From assembly GCA_002269645.1 (NCBI GenBank), contig NIVC01001540.1, positions 1 to 64,000 of the forward strand: a DNA stretch of 64,000 bases. Direction: 5' to 3'. A program made the position numbers and the translations under genes. This stretch comes from Macrostomum lignano (lineage: Eukaryota). Below the pieces are notes generated by a model, which saw only the letters and a program-made list of their open reading frames with translations, made no database searches and had not been told where the DNA came from. The first letter of the stretch is position 1. Each line of letters opens with the position of its first letter. Below are positions 9,501-20,471 of the stretch, one piece after another.

Positions 9501-12500
9501 CTATGGGCCAAATTTGTTGGAATTTTTACCACAGCCGTTCCCGACGACTAGAGGCCGAAAACGGCCATATAAATATTATGTATAAGGACTACTGACTGCT
9601 ATATATAACCTCGGCAACACCGGTTTCCGCAACCAGAATATCTAACGCCTTGCGCAAGAAGTGGAGGAAGGACATGCTGCCGCCGTGGTAATTGTACAAG
9701 ATCCAGGCGTTGCGGACAAGCAGCACAATCAGATGGAAAGCCAGCTTGTTGAACCAGCGCAGCGACTTGCGGTTTGCTATGTAGGGACTCGTGTTAGAGT
9801 CCATGCGGTCCACTCCACCCATACAACGACTGTACGTGGTGATGCTGACCGGCTTCGCCACCACTTGCTGCTGACCACCAGGGCGAACGCGGGCTACATC
9901 GTGGCACTGCGCGTTACCTGCCGTGTCCAGCAAGTACACAGTCTTCTTGCCACTGTTCTTGGAGTCTACAAACTTGCACGCCAGCACGTTGCCACACCTT
10001 GCGAATGCTGATGATGTGGGGTGCAGGTTAGTGTCTCGCAGCAGTGGCGGCGGTCCACGATCTTTGCGCACGGTGCCAGTCAGCATGGTGTCGCGGGCCA
10101 GTAGCCACGAAGCCAGTCGGTACGATGTAAACCAGCTGTCGGTGAAGATGCGATGGCCAAGATGTAGAATGTCGCGGCATAGCTCGGCTACGACTCGCTC
10201 ACTAAAGGACAGGGCCTCACAGTCCAGTCCGGCACCAAACCTGGCATTCTCCTGCTGCGTTGTGTGAACGGCAAAGTTCCACAGGTATCCGGACTTGGCC
10301 TCACACAGGCAGTATAACTTGATACCATACTTGCTCTTCTTAGAAGGAATGTACTGCCTAAACTGTACCCGTCCTTTGTACATGACCAGAGTCTCGTCAA
10401 TTGATAGATTCTGATCGGGCATGTAGTTGTTCCGACAGGCGTGCTGCACAAGAGCAAGGAATGGAGAGATTTTGTCCACAGGGCTTTGAGGAGCGGGACC
10501 AGCGCTACTGTAAAAGCGAAGGCAGGAGAGAATCTGCTTGAAACGATCGCGCGAAAGTGAATGTGGCTGAGCCAGAAACGTGCAGTGGTACACAGGATCC
10601 TTTGCCCAGTATGAGCTGATCTCCGGCTTGTCATCAATGCCCATAAGCAACACGATGCCGATCAGCTTCTTCACCTCGTCAACACTGCAATCCTTCCATG
10701 TAGACACAACCTTTGGTAACTCATCAGCTGACCTTTCCTGAGCGAAACTCCGGGCCCGTTCGTTCGTCCACCTTGCAATGTTCTCGAACAGCTCGTCGGT
10801 TAGGTATTGATGCAAAAACTCTGACTCACTGCCATTCGCTGATTGTGGTGGTACCCAGTCCGGCCGAAAACCTGGGGTGCCAATGAACTCTGGGACAGCC
10901 GTGGGCCTGTCGTCCGTCCCTTCGATAGCTTGGTGCCACTCGTGTTCTTCCTCCATTTCGACGTCCTCATCTGAGCTGCTGGCGCTTTCAACGTTGTCAC
11001 CATCCTCACCTGGCTCTTCATCAAAATAAAACGATCCGTCCTCGTCGTCAGTGAGAAAATTGTCCGAGTCCGACGTGTAAATGAGATCCATAACTAGTCA
11101 AAACTAAACTAAAAGTAAAATGCTCATATAAAGCAGTCCGTATAAATGAATTAAATAAGCGAACAGACACTAAATTTAAGCGAGACTATAGGCGGGAACG
11201 GTGGTAGCAGCAACATTTATGATCGTAAATTTGAAAACTGTCTATGGCTGTTTTCGGCCTATCCGTCGGGAACGGTTATAAGCGCCTAAAACTGCAGTCA
11301 AATAGAGGTTAAATGTCCTAGGCTTCTTTGCTTTCGTGACCCTAATTGACCCTAAAATTATTTTACTTCGATGGACACGACTGACTTGATATTTTTGCGG
11401 ATTCGGTGACCTTAGCTAACTTATTTGGTAAGGCTGGAGCATCATGAGTTGACTTTAGATAAGAAGGTTTTCCAGTACGAGTTGTTTTTACTATACTCGC
11501 CCTAATAACCGACAGCTCAGCCGCAGCTATTGCGTGGCGCATCTGAAGGCTGCGTACGGCTGTTCAGTCCAAGGACTGGGGGGTCGCCACACATCCCAGC
11601 TAATGTTGGCACCCATTTTACAGTTGGGTGAATTGACTCAATGCAGAGTTAGGTGTCTTGCTCAAGGACACAAATTGTTCCGAGTGGGCCGAGAATCGAA
11701 CCCCAGACCTTCCAGTCGCGAGTCCGACGCTCTGACCACTAGGCTTAACATCTTGCCAGTTAATGATCTTCTCTTCGGCAACTGGCCGCACTTTTATACC
11801 CCAGTTTGTTTCTCTTGTACTTGGCAAAGAAGGCACTTGATGAGGTGTTCCGGGATGCTGGACTGGCCCTAACCACCTCCCTCATCAATCATGGCGTCTG
11901 CGCGTGTTATGGAGGGGAGCCAGAGTGAGGCGAGATGTATAAAGTAAACAAGGCGATGTCAAGATTGACTACTGTTCTGGAAAATTTTCTGCTCCTACCT
12001 GCTGCTGCCTTGCTTGCCAATCGCGTATGTAGTCTGCGGATTTTATTGCTTCAACAGAAATAGCGAATCAAATGCCGAACTGCTGCTTTCGGCCATAATT
12101 TATGGCGGGACTGCCAATGGATTTGGGAGATTCACGGCCTACTAACGAGTTTTGCTATCTGCTACGCGCAGTTTAAGGTCACGTGGTCTGTTAGTAAAGC
12201 AATAAGCTTTGCTTTCTTTCTGTCGAATGTCTGGTAAAAGTTGCGCCAGTCGCAGTCCTAAGTCTCGTTAATTAACCACTTAGTTTTTAGTTTTCTAACC
12301 GTCGACTAGATTTTAGCGCCACAGTCTAGATTTTAGCGCCATCGACTAGATTTTAGCACTACAGATTAGATTTTAGCGCCACAGACTAGCTTTTGGTGCC
12401 ACAGACTAGATTTTAGCGCCACAGACTAGATTTTAGCGCCATCGGCTAGATTTTAGCGCCACAGACTAGATTTTTGTTCCTAAACTAGATTTTAGCGCAA

Positions 12501-14751
12501 TCGACTAGATTTTAGCGCTACAGGCTAGATTATAGCGCCATTTTAGCGCCATAGACTAGATTTTAGCACTACAGATTAGATTTTAGCGCCACAGACTAGC
12601 TTTTGGTGCCACAGACTAGATTTTAGCGCCACAGACTAGATTTTAGCGCCATCGGCTAGATTTTAGCGCCACAGACTAGATTTTGGTGCCACAGACTAGA
12701 TTTTAGCGCCACAGACTAGATTTTTGTTCCTAAACTAGATTTTAGCGCAATCGACTAGATTTTAGCGCTACAGGCTAGATTATAGCGCCATTTTAGCGCC
12801 ATATACTAGATTTTAGCGCCATCGGCTAGATTTTAGCGCCACAGACACTAGATTTTAGCGCCACAGACTAGATTTTAGCGCCATAGACTAGATTTTAGCG
12901 CCACAGACTAGATTTTAGCGCCATCGACTAGATTTTTCCCCAAGAAACATGACCAAGATGATAAGCGGACAGCTGACCCCTTGAAATCCCCATGGATACC
13001 TAGAAGCAACTCAATTTTAGTGTACGTGGATAGATGGAATTCAAATTAAAGTAAAATTTTCGCCGTGGCAAAAAACACTACCCTAATTATGCAAGGAACA
13101 GAACAGCTAGAAGCGCTAAACTACCGCTTGCACTTTCGCTAACGGAACAGTTGATGTTTAAAAGTCGTTTTTTTCTTCAAAAACAGCCAAGCCTAGAAAG
13201 GGGATCCCTCTCCTGTTATTCCTTTTGAACGGCTTCTAAGCAGCTATTGAGCTGCACTAATGCTACGCCTACCTGCACCTGGCTTAGGGTTGAAGCCTGG
13301 CGCTCTTTTAATTGCTTGAGAAGCCGGCGCGGTTTTGACACAGAGGCGCACCGCCGCTTGTTGGCGCTGCAAAATTTATAATGAATGAGATGGAGAAGCG
13401 GAATTGAGGGAGGAAGGATGGAGAGAGGGGGGGACGCTGGGGTAAGTTAGTTAACTGCCCCGCTGTGTTTACAAGTACCTGCTTGGCCGGTTAAACTGTG
13501 GGGGCGTAGACTGCCCCCCTCCCTGCAGCCCTGAGGAGACAAGAGATGAATGGCTAAGCTTGGGGCTAATTAGCGATAGAACTGGTATCTGATTTTTTGT
13601 TGAGATAACAAGCTAAGCTGAGGCACTTTGATTGAGAAAATCACTTCTGGGGAAGTTCGATTTAGAGCCATCAATTTCCACTAAAAATTTTCCTTCATTC
13701 CAAACAAAAATCGCCCCAACCCCCTACCTCCTGCTTCCTGGAGGATTGCTCTACATCTCCAGCTCCATCAAGAATCGCCCTTTCAGCCTCCAGCTCCATC
13801 AAGAATCGCCCTTCAGCCTCCAGTTATATTAGGAATCGCCCTTCAGCCTCCAGCTCCATCAAGAACCCCCCTTAGCCTTCAGCTCCATTAAGAATCGACC
13901 CTCAGCCTCCAGCTTAATCTTTAATCGCCCCTCAGCCTCCAGCTTCATCAAGGATCGCTTCTCTTTCCTAGCAACCCCCATCCCCATCTCCATATCCAGA
14001 GTCGCAACAGACGGGCGCACCTGCAGGCTTCTCGCGCAAAACTGGCGGTGGGGGCGGTTTGTCCAGCGGCAGGCAGAAGCGAGCCGCCGGTTCAGCAGCG
14101 GCAGCGGCGGCCTCAGAGGAGCTGTCCTCTGTGCTGGGCGACCTGGTGTCACAGGGACTCCGATTGGAGCACTTGCTGTGCCCTGACAGCCTGCAGGAGG
14201 CCGTCAGGCGGAAGCTGCTGCCGAAGGACGCCGGGCTGTCCCGGCCGGCCGCCTGGCTGCACGCCGGCGGCGGCGGCGGATCCGACGGTGGCTATCGGCA
14301 TCCCAGGCTGTTCGCACCGCATCTTGAGGAGATTCGCTCCGTGCTCAGCGATCGAACCCGCGACCTCACTTTGGCTCAGTGCCCGCCGGAGCCGCCGCGC
14401 CGTCTACCGGCCAGTCCGCAGCCGGCCGCCGTTGCACCGCCGGACGCGGCTTCCGCCGCCGCCGCGGCTGCGGGTCTGTGGGGCGGCCACGGCGGCGGCG
14501 GCCCGGACCTCGTGGCCACCCTGCCGCCCGGCTGTTCGCCAATCGACCCGGCCACTGCGGCCAGCCTGCTCCGCCGTGTCCAGGAGCTGCTCTCCGGCAG
14601 CCTGTTCGTCCGGGCTGGCCTCCTGCCGGCCGCCGACCGGGCCGCCCTGCACAGGCAGGCGCAGCTGTGGGCCGTGCGCGAGTTCGGCCTGCCGGATTCC
14701 GCCGCCGCCCTCCTGCCGGGCCGCCTGCCCGACGTTGCCTTCCACGCTTGA
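6588..14751 (+). CDS. BTBD7: BTB/POZ domain-containing protein 7; exons 6588-7131, 7718-8235, 8547-8901, 14000-14751
   Basis: N-terminal MGAAPS (myristoylation-like), two BTB domains (FPVHRAVLAARS; LPCHRALLACRSPFF), BACK region (SAWVHRQARLFLCEEF, RSDFLQAAESDVL), and RLEHLL / YRHPRLFAPHLEE, colinear with vertebrate BTBD7 as I recall it. Junction phases 1, 0, 1 are compatible. Confidence 0.9.
7160..7555. repeat. 27-bp minisatellite (GTGACCCTAATTGACCCCGATTACAGG) in BTBD7 intron
   Basis: Direct tandem copies, period 27. Confidence 0.9.
8238..8470. repeat. 24-bp minisatellite (GTAGTCTTTGTTTTGTCTTTTGAA) starting at the splice donor
   Basis: Period 24 (8286, 8310, 8334); the unit resembles the donor sequence GTGAGTCTTTGTTTT. 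Confidence 0.85.
8915..9430. repeat. About 34-bp minisatellite (GTGACCCTAACTGACCCTGGGATGCTGTGGTTCG), interrupted by piggyBac and resuming at about 11313-11420
   Basis: Tandem copies share the core of the 27-bp array; the unit continues across the TTAA insertion site. Confidence 0.85.
9427..11312 (-). mobile_element. piggyBac-family DNA transposon inserted at a duplicated TTAA (9427-9430 / 11309-11312)
   Basis: TTAA on both sides; removing 9431-11312 restores a host repeat unit. Internal inverted repeats at 9535-9569 and 11243-11275 (CCGTTCCCGACG..AGGCCGAAAAC.GCCATA). Confidence 0.85.
9589..11091 (-). CDS. piggyBac transposase (PGBD4-like, DDE_Tnp_1_7), 500 aa, uninterrupted
   Basis: Acidic N-terminus; catalytic DDD motifs SIDETLV, IFTDSWFTS, MGGVDRMD; also YIPSKKSKYGIK and WFNKLAFHLI. 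Confidence 0.93.
   Translation of the reverse strand: MDLIYTSDSDNFLTDDEDGSFYFDEEPGEDGDNVESASSSDEDVEMEEEHEWHQAIEGTDDRPTAVPEFIGTPGFRPDWVPPQSANGSESEFLHQYLTDELFENIARWTNERARSFAQERSADELPKVVSTWKDCSVDEVKKLIGIVLLMGIDDKPEISSYWAKDPVYHCTFLAQPHSLSRDRFKQILSCLRFYSSAGPAPQSPVDKISPFLALVQHACRNNYMPDQNLSIDETLVMYKGRVQFRQYIPSKKSKYGIKLYCLCEAKSGYLWNFAVHTTQQENARFGAGLDCEALSFSERVVAELCRDILHLGHRIFTDSWFTSYRLASWLLARDTMLTGTVRKDRGPPPLLRDTNLHPTSSAFARCGNVLACKFVDSKNSGKKTVYLLDTAGNAQCHDVARVRPGGQQQVVAKPVSITTYSRCMGGVDRMDSNTSPYIANRKSLRWFNKLAFHLIVLLVRNAWILYNYHGGSMSFLHFLRKALDILVAETGVAEVIYSSQ
11490..11750 (-). mobile_element. tRNA-headed SINE with CORE-like body (copy A, CpG-intact)
   Basis: Minus strand: A box AGCCTAGTGG, B box GGTTCGATTC, then TGTGTCCTTGAGCAAGACACCTAAC..CTGTAAAATGGG. 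Aligns end to end with the copy at 28812-29100. Confidence 0.85.
12298..12935. repeat. 20-bp minisatellite (ACTAGATTTTAGCGCCACAG)
   Basis: Tandem copies with block duplications. Confidence 0.9.
13745..13955. repeat. About 30-bp minisatellite (AAGAATCGCCCTTCAGCCTCCAGCTCCATC) just upstream of the BTBD7 last-exon acceptor
   Basis: About 7 tandem copies. Confidence 0.8.
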
Positions 14752-14899
14752 CTGGCTGGCTGGCTGGCTGGGTGGGCGGAGCCTTGGCTTTGCTGCGCCC
14801 GAATAGTTGCGCAATTTTCAAACTGTAACATTTCACTAGCACTGCAGAGATGCTCTCAGCGGAGGACAACACGTTGCTTCCTGTCATCGATTCATCTGT

Positions 14900-15465
14900 G
14901 TTCCTCTCTCCTTTCCCTCTCCCTCCCTCTCTCCTCCTTTCCCTCTCCCTCCCTGTCTCCTCCTTTCCCTCTCCCTCCCTCTCTCCTTTCCCTCTCCCTC
15001 CCTCTGTCATTTCCCTCTCCCTCCCTCTCTCCTCCTTTCCCTCTCCCTCCCTCTCTCCTCCTTTCCCTCTCCCTCCCTCTCTCCTCCTTTCCCTCTCCCT
15101 CCCTCTCTCCTCCTTTCCCTCTCCCTCCCTCTCTCCTCCTTTCCCTCTCCCTCCCTCTCTCCTCCTTTCCCTCCCCCTCCCTCTCTCCTCTCCATCTCCA
15201 CCCTCTCTCCCCCTCTCACTCCCCCTCCCTCTCTCCTCTCCCTCTCTCCTTTACCCTCTCCCTTCCCCTCTCTCCCCTCTCTCCCCCTTTCTTCCTCTCT
15301 CCCTGTCCCCCCGTCGCCCTCCCTTTCCCTGTCTCTCCTCTGCCACTCTCCCTTCCCCTCTGCCTCTCCCCTTCCCCTCTGCCTCTCCCCTTCCCCTCTG
15401 CCTCTCTCCCTTCCCCTCTGCCTCTCCCCTTCCCCTCTGCCTCTCTCCCTTCCCCGCCTCTCTTT
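14900..15465. repeat. Polypyrimidine (CT-rich) low-complexity tract
   Basis: Near-pure C/T on the plus strand. Confidence 0.9.
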
Positions 15466-16119
15466 CCTGAACTTTGTGTACTTGCGAATTCTCTTTCAGA
15501 CGCAGCAAAGCAGTTTTATGACTAAATGAGGAGGTGTGCCAGAAGCGCTTAAAGTAATCTGAATCTCCAGTCTTCACGGTTCACCTGTAATTTTAACACA
15601 ATCCGAGACAGAGGTTGTAGCGCAAAATTACAGATCCATAAAGCGCTGACAGATATTGCCGCCTACTCAGGCCCATACAGATATCATTCTCGTTACCTTT
15701 GACAACTGGCTATGGGTTTTCCTTATCTAAAGCACTTGTGTCTGCATGTAAATTGTTCTATTTAACAAACGCCTTTTTGTTGCCTTACTATTATATTTGT
15801 CGCTGCCGCAACTATTGAAAATTTCGGCACTAGCTGCAAATTGCTCATTCTCCTATATTACAGTCTCTGTGTAGGAAAAAGTTGCTTGGACAAGAAATGC
15901 TATTTATTTGTCGGCTGAAATATTTTTTTCATTTGCATCAGACTGCGCTAATCCAGTGCTTATGTGTGTGTTTTTTTTTAAATAGTTTTTGTTCTCCCAG
16001 TTCTTTTTTTACTTTTCCATGCTTTCCTATTCGTTGTGTCCGGACACTGATCCGTGTTTTTATTGGTTATTATAGGCATGGGAGTTTGGCATTGTGCTAA
16101 AATTGCCTTTGGAACAGCC

Positions 16120-17740
16120 CAACATCAATGTACACTGGACCATTGGCCAACCCCACCTCACTCCAATGTACACTTGACCATTGACCAACCCCACCTCACG
16201 CCAATGTACACTGGATCATTGGCCAACCCCACCTCACTCCAATGTACACTTGACCATTGACCAACCCCACCTCACGCCAATGTACACTTGACCATTGGCC
16301 AACCCCACCTCACTCCAATGTACACTTGACCATTGACCAACCCCACCTCACGCCAATGTACACTTGACCATTGGCCAACCCCACTCAATCCAATGTACAC
16401 TGGACCATTGACCAACCCTGCTTCGCTCCAATGTACACTGGACCATTGGCCAACCCCACCTCACTCCAATGTACACTGGACCATTAGCCAACCCCACCTC
16501 ACTCCAATGTACACTTGACCATTGACCAACCCCACCTCACGCCAATGTAAACTTGACCATTGGCCAACCCCACCTCAATCAAATGTACACTGGACCATTG
16601 GCCAACCCCACCTCACTCCAATGTACACTGGACCATTGGCCAACCCCACCTCACTCCAATGTACACTTGACCATTGACCAACCCCACCTCACGCCAATGT
16701 ACACTTGACCATTGGCCAACCCCACCTCAATCGAATGTACACTGGACCATTGACCAACCCTGCTTCGCTCCAATGTACACTGGACCATTGACCAACCCTG
16801 CTTTGCTCCAATGTACACTGGACCATTGGCCAACCCCACCTCACTCCAATGTTCACTTGACCATTGACCAACCCCACCTCACGCCAATGTACACTTGACC
16901 ATTGGCCAACCCCACCTCAATCGAATGTACACTGGACCATTGGCCAACCCCACCTCACTCCAATGTACACTTGACCATTGACCAACCCCACCTCACGCCA
17001 ATGTACACTTGACCATTGGCCAACCCCACCTCAATCGAATGTACACTGGACCATTGACCAACCCCATCCACGCCAATGTACACTGGACCATTGGCCAACC
17101 CTGCTTCGCTCCAATGTACACTGGACCATTGGCAAACCCTGCTTCGCTCCAATGTACACTGGACCATTGGCAAACCCTGCTTCGCTCCAATGTACACTGG
17201 ACCATTGGCCAACCCTGCTTCGCTCCAATATAAACTGGACCATTGGCCAACCCTGCTTCGCTCCAATGTACACTGGACCATTTGGCAACCCCACGTCACT
17301 CCAATGTACACTTGACCATTGACCAACCCCACCTCACGCCAATGTACACTGGACCATTGGCCAACCCTGCTTCGCTCCAATGTACACTTGACCATTGACC
17401 AACCCACCCTCACGCCATTGTACACTTGACCATTGGTCAACCCCACCTCAATCGAATGTACACTGGACCATTGACCAACCCTGCTTCGCTCCAATGTACA
17501 CTGGACCATTGACCAACCCTGCTTTGCTCCAATGTACACTGGACCATTGGCCAACCCTGCTTCGCTCCAATGTACACTGGACCATTTGGCAACCCCACGT
17601 CACTCCAATGTACACTGGACCATTTGGCAACCCCACGTCACTCCAATGTACACTGGACCATTTGGCAACCCCACGTCACTCCAATGTACACTGGACCATT
17701 TGGCCAATCCCACCTAACTCTAATGTACACTGGACCATAC
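16120..17740. repeat. 38-bp minisatellite (CCAATGTACACTGGACCATTGGCCAACCCCACCTCACT)
   Basis: About 40 tandem copies with sub-variants. Confidence 0.95.
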
Positions 17741-18574
17741 CCGCCTCAAGCTCTTCATTACTCATAAGCAAATATAATTGCCATTTTTTAATTTGTACTT
17801 TTAGCCCTTTTCAGCGGTCGCTATTTTTTAGAAGCTACGGCATACTCTTGCATGTATAGATTGTGTAAATTATAACAGTGCATTGCACAGTCTCTCGACC
17901 ATTGCGTAGCAGATTCACACTTGAACTGCACCGCCTATTCGCGCCCTTTACATCGTCCAATGAAAGATTGATGCTTATTCTGTTGCGTCATCAAATTCTC
18001 ATAATATTCATAATAATCATAATATTAGTCAAGCGCCAAAATGTACGTATAGCCAAGATCCACTGCAAATCTCTGGGAATCTGTTTGAAGGCTTTAAGAA
18101 TAGTCGGAAACTTAACTAACTATAAAAGCCTTCGACTGTGATGGCCATTAGATTTGAATCGGTTCCGTGCTTAGTCTAACAGTGGTCATTGTGCGTAGCC
18201 AGCTCTCTCCATCTTTCTCTTTCTCACCGTGTCTTCAAAATCGTTCTTCCCAGATGCTTTTACCCGACTATTTAGTCACAGTTTGCTAGAGAGCTTTGCT
18301 GATTTGTGACCCCTGCTTTTTAGCTTAAACAGTTGAGAGAGGCATGCGGAAGTATTTAGTGCTGTATGGGATCTGATCGTAATTCTCTTAAAAATTCGAA
18401 ATTGTCTGGGTCGTGCAATAAATCTGTCAACAAAATCGCCTAATTAGTTTTGGAGTTCTTATAAAAATATATATTAACATAATCCTGTGTTAAATATATT
18501 CTATGTTGAGATAAAAATGTTAAATAAATTCTCTTGCGTGATTTATTTAACTCTGTAAAACACCACACACGTAC

Positions 18575-19985
18575 ACACAATACTTGGAGCCAACCCCACC
18601 AATGTACACACGATCCTTGGGACCAACCCCACCAATGTACACACGATCCTTGGGACCAACCCCATCAATGTACACACGATACTTGGGACCAACCCCACCA
18701 ATGTACACACGATCCTTGGGACCAACCCCACCAATGTACACACGATCCTTGGGACCAACCCCATCAATGTACACACGATCCTTGGGACCAACCCCACAAA
18801 TGTACACACGATCCTTGGGACCAACCCCACAAATGTACACACGATCCTTGGGACCAACCCCACCAATGTACACACGATACTTGGAGCCAACCCCACCAAT
18901 GTACACACGATCCTCGGTACCAACCCCATCAATGTACACACGATCCTTGGAGCCAACCCCACCAATGTACACACGATCCTTGGGACCAACCCCATCAATG
19001 TACACACGATACTTGGAGCCAACCCCACCAATGTACACACGATCCTTGGGACCAACCCCACCAATGTACACACGATCCTAGGGACCAACCCCACCAATGT
19101 ACACACGATCCTTGGGACCAACCCCACCAATGTACACGATCCTTGGGATCAACCCCACCAATGTACACACGATCCTTGGGACCAACCCCACAAATGTACA
19201 CACGATCCTTGGGACCAACCCCACCAATGTACACACGATCCTTGGGACCAACCCCACCAATGTACACACGATCCTTGGTACCAACCCCATCAATGTACAC
19301 ACGATACTTGGGACCAACCCCACCAATGTACACACGATCCTTGGGACCAACCCCACCAATGTACACACGATCCTTGGGACCAACCCCACCAATGTACACA
19401 CGATCCTTGGGACCAACCCCACCAATGTACACACGATCCTTGGGACCAACCCCACCAATGTACACACGATCCTTGGGACCAACCCCATCAATGTACACAC
19501 GATCCTTGGGACCAACCCCACCAATGTACACACGATCCTTGGGACCAACCCCACCAATGTACACACGATCCTTGGGACCAACCCCACCAATGTACACACG
19601 ATCCTTGGGACCAACCCCACCAATGTACACACGATCCTTGGGACCAACCCCACCAATGTACACACAATCCTTGGGACCAACCCCACCAATGTACACACGA
19701 TCCTTGGGATCAACCCCACTAATGTACACACGATCCTTGGGACCAACCCCACCAATGTACACACGATCCTTGGGACCAACCCCACCAATGTACACACGAT
19801 CCTTGGGACCAACCCCAACAATGTACACACGATCCTTGGGACCAACCCCACCAATGTACACACGATCTTTGGGACCAACCCCACCAATGTACACACGATC
19901 CTTGGGACCAACCCCACCAATGTACACACGATCCTTGGGACCAACCCCAACAATGTACACACGATCTTTAGAGCCAGCCCCACCA
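18575..19985. repeat. 33-bp minisatellite (CAATGTACACACGATCCTTGGGACCAACCCCAC)
   Basis: About 42 tandem copies; these explain the long repetitive ORFs. Confidence 0.95.
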
Positions 19986-20471
19986 ATTTGCCATTAAATT
20001 TATTGAATTAGTGGATTTCCCCCTCTGATTGCAAATGTCTGTTTTGTCGAGAATGTCTCGTTTATCGAAAAATCGTAGCAAACGTCTGTAGCCAGAGAAG
20101 TCATTTTTATTCTGTGCATTTATTCAATTAAATCAATACGCTATAGTATACGCTATTTCAAAGATACAAAGGGAGACTATATTCATAGAATGTTGGTGAA
20201 TGGGAGTAATTTAATTTTAGTCAGTAAGTGTCGGCTTACATGCTGTAGGGTAGGAGGGCCAGGTCTCGTCCCAAGTGGGAGGGAAAAGTCCAACAGATAA
20301 TAAATAATGTACGAGCATGCCATCAATTCCCGGGCTGCAAGTCAACGGAGGGCAATTTCTGGTGGTTAATAAATTAGTACAAAAAACACAGCGGAGTTCG
20401 CGTCAGGAGCGAAGCAACAAAAAGTGCAGAGAAAAATTTGCGTCCAGCTTCCGTGGCCCTGCAGTGCTTCA

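Noticed and set aside
11686-11750. Possible tRNA gene
   Set aside because: A and B boxes are present but there is no proper acceptor or anticodon stem, and the sequence continues into a SINE body shared with 28812-29100.
14048-15010. Alternative-frame and antisense ORFs over BTBD7, MVD, PDI-like and piggyBac coding regions
   Set aside because: Expected shadows of GC-rich coding sequence.
16054-20011. Long ORFs with repetitive translations (also 30791-31725, 33718-34375, 39975-41019, 53471-57371)
   Set aside because: They are by-products of stop-free tandem repeat units, open on several frames and strands, and mostly lie in introns of identified genes.
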